This document shows, one piece after another, positions 43,219 through 57,865 of a DNA stretch of 64,000 nt (positions are counted from its first letter, which is position 1; every line of letters begins with the position of its first letter). The notes under the pieces are model-generated. The model saw only the letters and a program-made list of their open reading frames with translations. It had not been told where the DNA came from and ran no database searches. The position numbers and the translations under genes are program-made. The DNA is from Eledone cirrhosa (Eukaryota): NCBI GenBank assembly GCA_964016885.1, contig OZ024742.1:170562001-170626000 (forward strand). Reading direction: 5' to 3'.

Positions 43219-43870
43219 AAGTGGTGAATTGGCAGAATCGGTAGAGTGTCGGACAAAATGCATTGAGGTATTTAGTTATGACTTTCTATGTCCTGAGTTC
43301 AAATTTAGGTGAGGTAAACATTGCCTTACACCATTCCGGAGTCGATAAAATAAAGTACCAGTTATGTACTGGGATCGATATAATTGACTTTCCCTTCCTA
43401 CAGGCTTCTGGTCAGTGGTAGAAATAATTATTGATGCTATTAATAATGATTTCTGATTTAGGTACAACGACAGCAATTTGTGGGGAGGGGAAAAGTAGGT
43501 TTTTACCTACCTCAGTACTTTACTGGTACTTTATTTTGACGATTCAAGAAGGATGAAAAAGTTGACCTTCGAAGGATTTGAACTCATATCGCAAAGGGCC
43601 GTAACTAAATGCCTCAAAGCATTCTTTCCGCTCCCTAACGATTCCACCAATCCACCGCCATTCTGATGCTATTAATGGTTTCTGATTTAGGGACATGGTC
43701 AGAAATTTTGGGAGAGGGGAAAATCTATTAAATCGACCTCAGTACGTTACTGGTACTTTTATTGACTCCGTATGGATGAAAGGCAAAGCTAACCTCGGTG
43801 GGATTTGAATTCGGAACGTAAAGAGCCGTAACTAAAGCATTTTGATCGAGGTTCTAACGATTCAACTAAA
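43219..43870. mobile_element. Family 1 SINE cluster (+,-,-)
   Basis: Cores at ~43340 (+), ~43540 (-) and ~43770 (-). Confidence 0.75.
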
Positions 43871-45424
43871 TGTTAAACAACACCACATGGCCAAATCAGT
43901 TTATTACAACATACAAAGGCTTTTTGTGTGTCTAGAACTACATTATCTGATGTTTTCTTTTTCTTAAGACGGTTGGGTGTGGTTAAAGCTGTGGTTCCCA
44001 GATTTCTTTTACTCCCAATGCACTTTAGAACATGTAAACATATCTTGGTACATTTTGTACCTAAATTCAAAAATTTATACAAAAGAAGTATTTATACATA
44101 TTATCATAGTATAAAGTAGAAAATAGCTAATTATAAATGCAGAAAAAAAAAATTGTATTTCTTTCTTTATTCAACACCCGCTTTGTGTTTTTTTGGCTAT
44201 GTTTTCATTCATAGTTTAATTCTGCCTCGCTTTGACAATAGATGATTACAATTATATATAACAAATAATTATAGATAGATAATAGACATGTCAGTTAGTA
44301 TATGCTAGACCCATTCACAGATATGTTATTACTTTTAGAATAAAAGTATTTTCCGAAAATTTAGTACTTTTCATCTTTTAAAGAAACCTTCGAGCCACAA
44401 TTATTAACATACTTATCGCGTTATTTTTATGGTATTAAAAACATCAACAACTAGGTTTCTAGCAGAAATCGCCTTTCAACAACAGCACAACTCACCATAG
44501 TGATGCGAGCCGATTGGTGTAGGGGAACGTTCACTGGTGTGTGGGAGACCGTGTGTAGGCCACCTCGTGGTCCCAGCGAACAGAATGGAGAAAACGGTGC
44601 CCATAACGATGGCGGGAGAGGTGCGTTGGAATAATCATTCCAGCTTGTGGGGGTCGCTCCTTTGGGTAGCCTACTCCGCTCCGTTACTAGTGAATAGGGA
44701 AGTGGTCCGGGGGCCAACAATGCCGAAGAACTTTCAGTTGGTATTCTGGGACGCCACGTGCTGCAACTCGTTCTTCGTCTCCAACTTTGTCGCTTCGGTC
44801 ACAAACCCCGGGCACCTCCGCCTGCAATCCAAAGGAGAAGAAGATAAATAAATACCGGGGCTTGACCAACCACTTTCTTTTCGTGATGCAGCCCGTCTGA
44901 AGAAGCTCCGTGAGGTAGGGTGACTGCTTCAGTTAGTGTCGTTAGCCATTCTCTTCTTCATTACTTTCGCCCTTTTGTCTGTGGGGCCCAGCTGAAGCAT
45001 GCTGCAAGGGCTTGGGTCTATTGTCTGTCGCTTCGTCCACATTTTCCTTTCTTTCGTCGCTTAATTTATCTTTTCTCTTTCTTCCTTTTTTCTCTATCCT
45101 TTTTCTTTCCTTATTATGCACAATATTTATGTAAATAAGAGTTTATTGATATTTAAACTTTCGTGCAAGCCCCCCCCCCCCCCACACACAAACACACACA
45201 ATCATAGTATATATAAATTATAATTCATATTTTTCACATTTTGAAATAGAATCCAGCTTCTTCGCGACACGTCTAATTACATCAGAGTTTGGAAACCACT
45301 GGGCTAGAGGGAAATTTCGCTGCTGTCTCTAGAAACCCCATAAAGATCCCATTAGATAGTGCAATGCGCAGTATTTGATCTCTTAAATCAATGAATAAAA
45401 AGTGTTAATATACTTATTTAACTA

Positions 45425-45855
45425 GAAGGTGGTGGATTAGCAGTATTGGTAGAGCGTCGGATAACATTTATTTGTGGTATTTGTTCCGGCTCTTTCCAAT
45501 CTGAGTTCAAATCCCACTGAGGTCGGCATTAACTTTCATCATTCCGGGGTCTATAAAATAAAGTACCAGTCAAGTATTGGGGTTAATTTAATCAACTTTA
45601 CCCATCTTCCAGCTCTGCTGGCCTTGTACCTAAATTAGAAATCAATATATTCATGCTTAACAATTTTTCGGGGAGGGGGGAAAGTCGATTAAATCGATCC
45701 CAGTGCGTGCCTGGTACTTCATTTTATCAACCCCGTAAGGATGAAAGGCAAAGTTAATCTCGGCGGAATTTGAACTCAGCTCATAAAGGGCCGTAACTCT
45801 ATGCTGCAAAGCATGGCGCCCGACCCTCTACCGATTCTCCCAATACACCACCCTT
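45425..45855. mobile_element. Tail-to-tail family 1 SINE pair
   Basis: + copy 45425-45645, - copy 45660-45855. Confidence 0.8.
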
Positions 45856-46794
45856 TATTTATACTTAACAATATAATATAATCTAATAAAACCCTTTCCC
45901 ACAAATACATAACCAGGACTGGCGCTACTATGAAGGCCAAAGAAACAACCGCCCGAGGCGCAGACCTCACAGAGGCATATTACTGAACCTACAAGGCGAA
46001 CAAAGGATCCATTTGCTGGCCTTGTGCCTAAATTAGAAATCAATATACTTATTTAGATATTGATCACGCTTCATTGAGTGATAGGCATATAATTAGAGGT
46101 GTTCCACTCATGAGAAACGTGCCTCTTTTACTTCGTCACCCAGTCTCTCTACATGTCTATCCCCATTGACGCTATCTGCTTACTCTCTCTCACTGTCTCT
46201 CTTTCACAGTCTCTCTTTCTGAGTGTCTGTCTTTCTCTCTGTCTCTTTCTCCTCTCTCTTACTGCCTCTCTCTATTTTCCTTCCTCTCTTCACAATACTT
46301 TTCTCTTCTCTCTCACTGTCTTTTATCTCCCCCCCTCTCTCTCTTAGACACACATACACATACACGCACAGAAACACACAAGTACACACACACACACACA
46401 TATTGCCATGAAAGACGCTCTTGTGAAGTGAAATATAAGTACACTAGAAACATAATTATCCAATGTTTCCCTCTTTTTTCTAAAACGTTTCGGATGTGAT
46501 TTGAGGTCGATTTGCCGGCTATATTTAGCAGGTTATGTAAGCGACAACATAGTAGAATCTCTAACCGTCTCGTTAGATGGTGAATGAAAGGTGCTTTCTC
46601 TGTCCAACCACACGGCATATCACCAATGAAAACAGTAAAATATATCTTCAACACTAAAAATACAATTTTAAAAATACATTCGAATGAATTAATTCTTTAA
46701 TGAAAACAGAAAAGAAAGGAATACAAATATTTTGATTAGCGAGAGAAAATAAACCAGCAGTAGACTTTCTATTTAGGTTTAACCTTTCATACAC

Positions 46795-46839
<45 letters not shown>

Positions 46840-46857
46840 CATATACATAAATACACA

Positions 46858-46938
<81 letters not shown>

Positions 46939-46939
46939 T

Positions 46940-47034
<95 letters not shown>

Positions 47035-47323
47035 CGGAGGAAATGTGGTAAGGAACCAGGTGGACCATAACGTACCAAAGTACTCAATACTTAGGGTAGT
47101 AGAGTGAGTAATAGGAACGAGTAGGACCTGGGGTCCTTCTCGTTCCTATATATATATATATATATATAGTGATATTTTTTCTACTTTTGGCAATTTGGGA
47201 TTTGCCATTCTGAATTCAAATTCCGCCGAGGTTAACTTTGCCTTTCATTCTTACGGGGTCGATAAAATAAAGTACCAGTAATGCAGTGGGTAATTGCTGA
47301 CCTTGTGCCAAAAGTAGAAACAA

Positions 47324-47360
<37 letters not shown>

Positions 47361-47561
47361 AAGTATGACCCCGACGGCAGAGCTCAAGCCGTTTCGACGG
47401 CTATTTCTGGACTAAGTTTCTAGTCCAGAAATAGCCGTCGAAACGGCTTGAGCTCTGCCGTCGGGGTCATACTTTTTCCTCCTATTTCCCACTCTTCTAC
47501 TCTAAGTATTGAGTACTCTGGTGCGTTATGGTCCATCTGGTTCCTTACCACATTTCGTTTG

Positions 47562-47686
<125 letters not shown>

Positions 47687-47917
47687 TATATATATACACA
47701 CACACACATATATATATATATCAGGATTAAACCAGTATTAAACTGATTAGACTATTATGCAACACAGTTCTCGTTACTTGGGATAGTAGAGCGTGGCTAG
47801 CTGTTGAAACGGCAGGAGCTCAGCTGTCGGGCCCTGACTCTTTCTAATATATATATATATATATAAATTAATAAAAATAATGAATAAAAACAAAGAAACA
47901 GTTCCTTATATAAAAAA

Positions 47918-47956
<39 letters not shown>

Positions 47957-48311
47957 TATAAATATGTGCTGCGTGTGTGTCCTAATCTGTGGATTGAATT
48001 TATCTTTGGTCTACTCTATGTGTGTGTCTTTGTGTGTTGCGCACGTGTGTATCCACGTGTGTATGCATGCGTGTATGCATGCACGCGCACATATTAGCCA
48101 GTGTGTATATGTGTGTGTGTGTATGTGTATGTATGGCTTGATATGTGAGATGTGTGATGTGGTTAAATCCAAACGCACTTCTATCTGGGTTTCGTTTTAA
48201 GTATCGAACAAACAGCGTTTTGTTGAATCCAGCACAGAGCATCTCTAAAACTGTGGGCGGTTGGTGCGAGTCTGCTAACCTAACTTTGCCATGACCTTTC
48301 CATCGATCATT

Positions 48312-49770
48312 GGATTGGCAGTATCGGTAGAGGGTCGGACGCCATGCTTTCCAGCATAGTTACGTCCCTTTACGATCTGAGTTCAAATCCCGCCGAGGTT
48401 GACTTTGCCTTTCTTCCTTACGGAGTCGATAAAATAAAGTACCAGTAATGCACTGGGTAATTGCTGGCCTTGTGCCTAAAGTAGAAACAATTATACTACT
48501 ACTACTACTACTACTACTACTAGGGCGGTGGATTGGCAGTGCTTGTAGAGCTTTGGACAACATGTTTGCGGCGTATAGATACGACCATTTACGTTCTGAG
48601 TTCAAAATCGATTTAGTTGACTTTCCCTGCCTCCAAAATTGCTGGCCTTGTGCCTAAATCAGAACCCATTATTATTAAAGGGCGGTGGATTGGCAATATC
48701 AGACACCATACTTTGCAGCATAGAGTTAAGGCCCTTTATGTTCTGAGTTCAAATCCCACCGAAGTTAGGTTTGCCTTTCATCCTTACGGAGTCGATAAAA
48801 TAAAGTACCAGTAATGCACTAGGGTCGATATAATCAACTTGCCCCTCCCTCAAAACTGTTGGCCATTTGCCTAAATCAGAAATCCTTATTCTTTGGATTG
48901 GCAGTATCGGTAGAGAGTCTGACGCCATGCTATGCAGTATAGAGTTACAGCCCTTTACGGTCTGAGTTCAAATCCCGCCGAGGTTAACTTTGCTTTTCAT
49001 CCTTACGGGGTCAATAAAATAAAGGTACCAGTAATGCACTGGGATAATTGCTGGCCTTGTGCCATAAGTAGAAACAATTATTATACAATGATTTCTAATT
49101 TACACACAAGGTCAACAATCTGTGAGTCAGAGAAAGTTGTTTATATTGACCTAAGTATTTAACTGGTACTTTAATTTATCAATTCCGGAAGGATGAAAGG
49201 CAAAGTTGAACTCGTCCGGATTTGAACTGTGTATGTGTGAAAGCGCGCCAGCTAGTGGTTAGCGCGTTCGGTTCAGATCGTAAGTTTGTGAGTTCGATTC
49301 CCGGCGGTCCATTGTATACTTGAATAAGACACATTTTTTCACGTTGCTTCAGTCCATACAGCTGGCAAAAATGAGTTGTACCTGTAAAAGATTAGCATTG
49401 TCACTTAGGGTATCTTGTGGAATCTCCCTGATAATTACGTTAAGAGTTCACATGTCTATGGGGTTATGGAATTACAACAATTTGTCACCCTAACTATCTA
49501 CATCAGTGGAGGCGCGTGTGTTAGTTGTAAGTGTATTGGGCGATCATTATGCTGTGAGTTCGATTCCTGAACTGGGTTGTATGTTTTGTTCTTCTTGAGC
49601 AAAACACTTTATTTCACGTTGCTCTAGTATACTCAGCTGAAAGTGAGTACCAGCAGTAGCTGTGGGCTTAACTCTGCGATGGATTGGCGTCCTGTTCAGG
49701 GGGTAGTCTTGTATTCTCAGTTGCTTAACGCCACAGAAACCGGAATAAGCACCGCCTGATGAGTCTCCGC
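48312..49770. mobile_element. SINE cluster: five family 1 and two family 2 copies
   Basis: Consecutive A/B boxes and cores. Confidence 0.8.
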
Positions 49771-52700
49771 ATTCGAGGAAGACTAGACTATCTACATCAG
49801 GAGTCCCAAACACGTGACTCACAAACTACATTTTTATTGTTTGTGGCAGAACATTTAAAACGGAAAATTACTTCCCTTCCTACATTTTGTACAAACTTAC
49901 ATATCCCACATAGTATCATATGTGTATTTGATATAAATATGACTAGGAAATAAGTTTGGAAGCTCCACAATGCGTGTTAGGTAAAAATATCAATGTAATA
50001 AAAAATAGTTAGCGGAATAAAAAGAACTGAAATAAAAGAGTGATGACGATAGAAAGTTACCTTACCAATTTTTAATGATCCCAAATATTTTCAGATTTTC
50101 CATCTATTATCAAATGAAGTCCGTAGGGCGGGGGACCACAGAGCAAAACCTGAGAAATGTCGTGTTGGCTGTTCGATATTTATTCGATGAACATGTATAT
50201 AAATTGCAGCCTATCAGCTGTGTTGTAGATTCACATAATAACTGGTGCAAATCTGCCCCCCCCTTCCACCTCATCTCCTCCTTGTTTCACTGTGCCTTTC
50301 CCCCAAAATGTAATGTATTTTTTGAGACGTTGAATTTGAAACACCTGATCAACATTAATATAGGAATATATAAAAAAGATAGTTAGTTTTAGTTGCATTG
50401 TGGAAAAGGTTAAATCTATCGTTTTGATTTTTTCAATTTATTTTTCTTCTTAGGCTAGCCATGTCACACACTACCTCGCTGAATTTCTTAGAGAACTACA
50501 TTAAGGGTAAACGTATCCAAGGTGGGATTTACCTACTTGTGAGCCCTAGTCAAACTCATCAGTGGGCGCCCAAATTTAAAGAAGTGTTAGCATGTTTCAG
50601 TATCCTATATTACTCTATTACACAATTACGTGTTCCAACTGACAGGCTGAACCATGCTGGGGCAGTATATTTTACTGTATTTTATTTGCAATGGCCAAAT
50701 GTAAACAAATACTACAGTGTCATTGTTTCTACTTTTGGCTCAATTACCCCAGTGCATTACTGGTGCTTTATTTTATCGACCCTTTAATGATGAAAGGCAT
50801 GCGGGATTTGAACTCAGAACGTAAAGGGACATAACTCTCTGCTGCAAGCACGGTGTCTGACGCTCTACCGATACTGCCAATCCACTGCCCTTTATAATAG
50901 CATATTATAATGTAAGAAATATGAATTTTAACACAATGTAACATCCTTACTTTTAATCAATTTAGTTTTATTTCAGTGGGCCCTCAGATACCTGTGGGCC
51001 CTAGGCCAATGGCTGACTATTCCTATTGTTAAATCCGGCCGTGCACGTATCTGTGGAATACTCAGCCACATACAGGCTAATTTCCCGAGCATACTGTTCC
51101 CTTGATCAAATAACTCGAACACTCATCTCCTGAGCCATCGAAATTCCAATGCAGTAATCTTTGTAGGTGCATATGTGTGTATCTATGTGTCTGTGTATGT
51201 ATGTATGAGTGCATATGTATGCGCATGTGTGTAAGTGTGTATGTGTGAATAAGTGTGTATGTGTATTTATGTATGTATATGTATATGTGTGAGTGCGTAT
51301 GTATGCGCATGTGTGTAAGTGTGTATGTGTTTGTGTATTTATGTACGTATGTGTATTTATGTGTGTATGAGTGCATATGTTTATGTATTGGTGTATGTTT
51401 GTATGTCTGTGTATGTATATGTATGTGTAAGAATGCACGCGTGTGTGTGAGTATGTGTGTATGTATGTTTTTGTGTGAACTTCTTGAGACTCCTTGTCTT
51501 CATTAAGACATCTCTCTAGGAGAAGGTCACTCTGATATAAAACCTGCGACTTTCTTTGCATCTAATGATGTAGACTAGTTTTTCTTTTTGAGCAAATGCA
51601 TTCGATGTTCAGAGAGTGGGATTGGTCCAGTGCAAAGTCTTTCTTCACTTAAAAAATCTTCAAGCACAGGCATCGCTTGATATGTGGCATCCTTTGCTTT
51701 GCATGGCATTGCTGGCTATAGGCGGGTCCCTAGCAGGGCTAAAAGCCACGTACGTGATGCTCATGTTTAAGAATCAAGCGATGGCATTACTCGAAATCAT
51801 GATCATATGTGTATGTATGTATGTATGTATGTATGTATGTATGTATGTATGTATGTATGTATGTATGTATGTATGTATGTATGTATGTCTGGGAGAGATG
51901 ACCCCTTAGCCTTTGTCAAGGCAGAATTCTAGGAGAAGGAAAACTCTGATATAACACCTGCAACTCTGATGGTATCCAATGATGTTGACTTGTTCTTCTT
52001 TTTGGTAAATATCATCTTGGTTAAGAGAGTGGGACTGGCTTTGTGCAGTGCCTTTGCTCACTATAAAAGCTTCACGGCACAGGCATTGCTTTATATCTGG
52101 AGATCTCTCTGCACTTGTCGTCACATGGTACCATGGGCCCAGCACTATGTGTCAATAATTGTCACAAGTGTAGTGTTTGTACCAGAGTTTTCAAGTTGCT
52201 GGCTGAACTAAAAAGTCACACTCGTTCAGCGCATCGGTAGGGGTTCTCCTACATGGATATAAAGTAGTGGCCGTACTCGAAAACGAGTTGGCAGCCACCA
52301 TATGCGCATGTATGTATGTATGTATGTATGTATGTATGTATGTATGTATGTATGTATGTATGTATGTATGTATGTATGTATGTATTTATTAATTAATTTT
52401 TGTATTCTGAAACATCAAAATACAAAATGTTTTGGTCACTGGACTCGGGAATGTCACGACAGAAGTTTGTGGAAGTTACACAAATATTTTAGTATATTTT
52501 ACCAGAGCAATCCTTATTTATATTTTACATTTTACATTTACTTACATCTCAATATAAGATGGCTAAAATTCAAATTTTGCAGAGAAGAAAACGGACAAAT
52601 GAACTAGATACATCTCACCACAATAACATCTACACTCTCTCCCCACCATCACATGTCATTACCCTATCTAGACTAAAGTCATCGACCTGTTGTCAAACTC

Positions 52701-52958
52701 TCTACTCTGTGTTAAATGTGTATATATATATATATATTTATATCTAGGAGGTGAGTTGTATTGTAGTACAATAAAGCAATACAGATATCGGATAAGAAGC
52801 ACTCTACAGACTGGAGTATACATAATATATAAGATCAAAAGATGGTTAAAAGAGTTCCATGTATTTTATTATGCGCATTTCATATGTTGATATGTTGATA
52901 TATTGATTTAAAACTGCACTATTCACAAGTGTTTTTTAACCTTCATATCATGTCTTCC

Positions 52959-53029
52959 TATTTTATCTGATGAAAACACAAATATTATTTTATGATGATA
53001 TTTGTTTTTGAAATGCGCATAATAAAATA
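52959..53029 (+). ncRNA. Type I hammerhead with AUA triplet and long stem II
   Basis: tattttat CTGATGA aaacacaaatattat...atgatatttgttttt GAAAT gcgc ATA ataaaata. Inverted arm at ~52824-52882. Paralogue at ~14053-14124 (minus) has CTGATCA. Confidence 0.75.
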
Positions 53030-53779
53030 CATGGAACTCTTTTAACCATCTTTTGATCTTATATATTATATATATTTATATGTATGTATATGTGTGTATA
53101 TACATCACTCAGTCAAACGACCAGATTTCAACCCCAACATCTACAACAACAACAACACTGGCACTAATGTTTACAGCAACAACAGCTTCATCATGTATGT
53201 ATGTATGTATGTATGTATGTATGTATGTATGTATGTATGTATGTATGTATGTATGTATGTACGTACGTACGTATGTATGTATGTATGTATGTATGTATGT
53301 ATGTATGTATGTATGTATGTATGTATGTATGTGTTCGAATTTATGTACATATGTGTATATATTTGTGTATGTTTATATGTGTATGTATAAGAATGTATGT
53401 GTATGTTTATGTGTGTGTGTATGTGTATACGTATGTGCGTGTATGAATATGCACTTGTGTGTGTATGTGTGTACATTTATGTATGTATATGTAAATGTCT
53501 GTATGCGTATGTATGCATGCGTTTGTGTGTGTGAGTGAGTATATGTAAACGGAGGTTGACAAGTTTGCTGGAAAAGATGATGATGATGATGATAATGATG
53601 ATGATGATACGGACTTTACAAGAGAATCAACTCGAGATGTTTCAAAATGGTGTAGTTTTTAAGTCTCAAGTTGTTTCTGAGTGGAGAAAGAGATGACCAT
53701 AAGTGGCTCTAGAAACTTCTAAAGTTTGGAACACGTGATCCGAGATCGAGGAATGTTTCAATATTTCTTTCGTGGTATA

Positions 53780-55230
53780 GGTTAGTAGATTGGCAGTATT
53801 GGTGGAGGGTCGGACAGCCTGCTTTGCGGCATGATTTCAAAACCCAACGAGGTTAGCTTCGCCTTTCGTCCTTACGGGGTTGATAAAATAAAGTACTAGT
53901 AACGCACTGGGGTAGATTTAATCAACTTTCCCCTCCCCTAACATTGTTAGTTATGTACCTAAATTAGAAACCATTTGGCAGTATCGGTAGAGGGTCGCAC
54001 GCCATGCTTTCCAGTATAGTTGCGTCCCTTTACGATCTGAGTTCAAATCCCGCCGAGGTTGACTTTGCCTTTCATCCTTACGGGGTCGATAAAATAAAGT
54101 ACCAGTAATGCACTGGGTAATTGCTGGCCTTGTGCCTAAAATAGAAACAATTATTACTTTCGTGATATATGGTGGGTGGCCTAGTGGTAAGGGTGTTGGA
54201 CTTAAGATCATAATGTCGTGGGTTCGATTCCTGGGTTGCGTTGTTGTGTTCTTGAGCAAAACATTTCATTTCACCTTCCTCCAGTATACTCAGCTGAAAA
54301 TGAGTACCAGCAATAGTAGGGGGTTTAACCCTGCGATGGACTGGTGTCCTGTCCAGGGAGGGGGGGGGGGGGTCCTGTACTCTCAGTCGCTTCACGCCAT
54401 GAAACGGGGGATAAGTACCGGCTAAATGAGCCTTCTGATAGATTTTAGACGTAGATATAGGATGGTGGACTGATAGTATCGGTAAAGAGTCGGCCATCAT
54501 GCTTTTCTGCATATTGTTACAGTCCTTTACGTTCTAATTTCAAATCCCTCCGAGGTTAGTTTTGCCTTTCATCCTTACGGCTCGATAAAATTAATTACCA
54601 GTCAAGTACTGGGAATGATTTAATCAACTTTGCCCTTCCTCCAAATTTGTTGGTCTTGTAACTAAATTAGAAATCAACGTTTATTCAGAAACTTGGGTGG
54701 TGAATTGGCAGAATTGGTAGAGCGTCGGATAAAATGCCATTACGTTATTTGTTCAACTTTGCTTTTCATCCTTACAGGTTCGATAAAATAAAGTACCAGT
54801 AAATGCACTGAAGTAAATTTCACTTCAAATTGCTGGCCTTGTGCCAAAAGTAGAAACAATTGATGCTACAAAGAATTATTATTGGTAGGGCATCAGCATA
54901 GAATTATGGCCCTTTACGTTCTGAGTTCAAATCCGGCCGAGGTTAACTTTGCCTTTCATCCGTACGCACTGGGGTAATAACTGGCCTTGTGCCAAAAAGT
55001 AGAAACAATTATTACTTTCGTTGTTATTTTTATCTTCTATCTTCTGTTTTACTCTCCTCCATTACAAGAATGTGTTGTGATTTGTATTGTTCCAATGGTG
55101 TTGAGTGGTTGTTTATCCGTCTAATGCAGCCAAAATATTTTCACTTGTCAAAGGTCGTGGATTTAGGAAATCTGGTAGAGCATCGGAGAAAATGCCATCG
55201 TGTTATTTATTTTAGCCCTTTACATTCTGA
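53780..55230 (+). mobile_element. SINE cluster including a full family 2 SINE at 54171-54432 (tRNA head, CORE-like CTTGAGCAAAACA, V-domain-like CCCTGCGATGGACTGG)
   Basis: A-box TGGCCTAGTGG, B-box GGTTCGATTCC. Family 2 relatives at ~25755-25900, ~29540-29790 and ~35370-35510 (-). Confidence 0.75.
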
Positions 55231-55534
55231 TGTGATCCACGATGCAGATACATGGTGATCCATAATCAAAAAATAACTTTGTATATTGATCCCTCGAAAT
55301 CAGGGACAAGAACATTATCGATTTACCTCAACATACATTGGCCACTATTCACATGTTATTACGTTATTAGTTGGAAGCGATTATTCAAACCAGGTATATT
55401 GGGTTAAAGATCAATAGAGCTAGGAAAAAGTTTTAATGTTTCGAGCGCTTGTCCATCATCGGAAGATAGAAACACGTGTAGCTGTTAAACATCTCTCACT
55501 CTTTTTCTCTCTCTCCTCTCACTCTCTCCTCACC

Positions 55535-55840
<306 letters not shown>

Positions 55841-56358
55841 TATATACATATTTTTTTTCTTTCAAGACCCCACACAAGAACAGAGTATAATTCCACATTT
55901 AAATAAAATTATAATTAAAACCACAAAAGACAAGGAGACCCTTCAAGAGGGATTATAGTCCACAATACCAGGGACATGAAATACCATATATACAATCCTA
56001 CCAAACAACTAAATACAGCAAACCTAAATTAGCCAAAAACACATCACACAAAATGCAATTACCCAATAAAATGAAAAATAAAAATAAAAATCATCCACTA
56101 CACTGGTAGTAAAAGACAAAAACTTCAGCAGGTATATATATATATATATATATTAACCTATTTAGCTTGCTTCGATTTTTTGGCTTAGGTGGCTGATAGC
56201 TTCACGACCACCGTTTTCATTTTGTCTGGCCTCTATAACGTATGTTAATTGATCTGGTCTTCTTTTAGTCCATTGAGCGCTTGCCGCCGCATATCTCGAA
56301 AATTGCGTTTGCTTAGTTTTGGGCCACCGCCGAAATACGATCTCGCTGAAATTATATT

Positions 56359-56438
<80 letters not shown>

Positions 56439-56662
56439 TACAGGGTGTCCCCCCAAAATCTATACACACTTCAACTGCGTTCTAATAGATATTGCCTACA
56501 CAGCTAATCAAAGTGTGAAAACATTTTTAGGGGACACCCTACTTTTCTCTTTTTTTGCTTAAACTTTAATCTGTTCTTAATATATATACTTTGATTACCT
56601 GTGTAGGCAATATTTATTAGAATGCAGTTGAAGTTTGTATACATTTTGGGGGGGACACCCTG

Positions 56663-56733
<71 letters not shown>

Positions 56734-56811
56734 GCTGAAGTTTTTTCTTTTACTACCAGTATAGTGGGTGATTTTTATTTTAATTTTTCATTTTATTGGG
56801 TAATTGCATTT

Positions 56812-56864
<53 letters not shown>

Positions 56865-56868
<4 letters not shown>

Positions 56869-57647
56869 GTGGTTACACAACAGCTAGTTCACCATACCGA
56901 GAACAATTGTTTCACCTTAGCGGATCCTCAGCTCGTAATGGACATGGTTATACGGAACAGGAAGGACAATCGTACGAACGCACATGCGCAGAAACCGTCA
57001 CTTCACACAGGCAATACTAAAAAGCGTACGAGAGGTGGGAGGGAGATAACTGCGAAAGTACGAAAAGTTTCTAGTTGATAAGAAAATTAGGATGTTGTTG
57101 TGATTCAATACGGAGCTTTGTAGTTATGTAAGAGGTGTTTCAAGACGTGTGGACAACGTGTGAAGAATTCATTTCTCGTGTTTAGGCAATCACTATTGCA
57201 TAATCTGTTTAGAATATTTATTCGTTCATCAATACATAGTCCACATGACGGATTTCTCCTTGCGTATGGCTTGGACTTAGTGATGGCTTTCCATTGAATG
57301 GAGTAGTCTATACTTGAGTCCTTGAGGGACCATACGTGGCTCGCGAGTTCCGTGGATGAACGTCTGTCCGGGTATCTAAAGGTCGACTGGTGGTTCAGGA
57401 AGCGTTCCTTAAATCGGCCCTCCGAAATACCCACATAGGATTTGACCTCCTGTGGTTGATTTGGTCAGTTGGAAGTGACCACAGCTTCATAAATTACAGT
57501 GGGTGTGTTGCATGTCCATTACCAGCTGAGGATCCGCTAAGGTGAAACAATTGTTCTCGGTATGGTGAACTAACTGTTGTGTAACCACTTCTACCTAACT
57601 CGTCCCATGGACTGAGTGCTCTACGGATATTACCTTCCAGTGTTCTA

Positions 57648-57650
<3 letters not shown>
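56865..57650 (-). mobile_element. 5'-truncated Penelope-like element (GIY-YIG C-terminus, 3' UTR HHR, inverted pLTR)
   Basis: ORF 57105-57434 (GISEGRFKERFLNH, STELASHVW, CGLCIDER, LNTRNEFFTRCPH). Inverted repeat 56865-56946 / 57511-57592. Confidence 0.9.
56895..56937 (-). ncRNA. Hammerhead in PLE 3' UTR (inverted copy at 57520-57562, + strand)
   Basis: Reverse complement: tacgag CTGAGGA tccgctaaggt GAAAC aatt GTT ctcggta. Confidence 0.7.
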
Positions 57651-57725
<75 letters not shown>

Positions 57726-57731
57726 AAAATA

Positions 57732-57852
<121 letters not shown>

Positions 57853-57865
57853 GTATATATATATG

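Noticed and set aside
54171-54245. tRNA gene
   Set aside because: A and B boxes are present but there is no complete cloverleaf, and the sequence continues into a SINE body.
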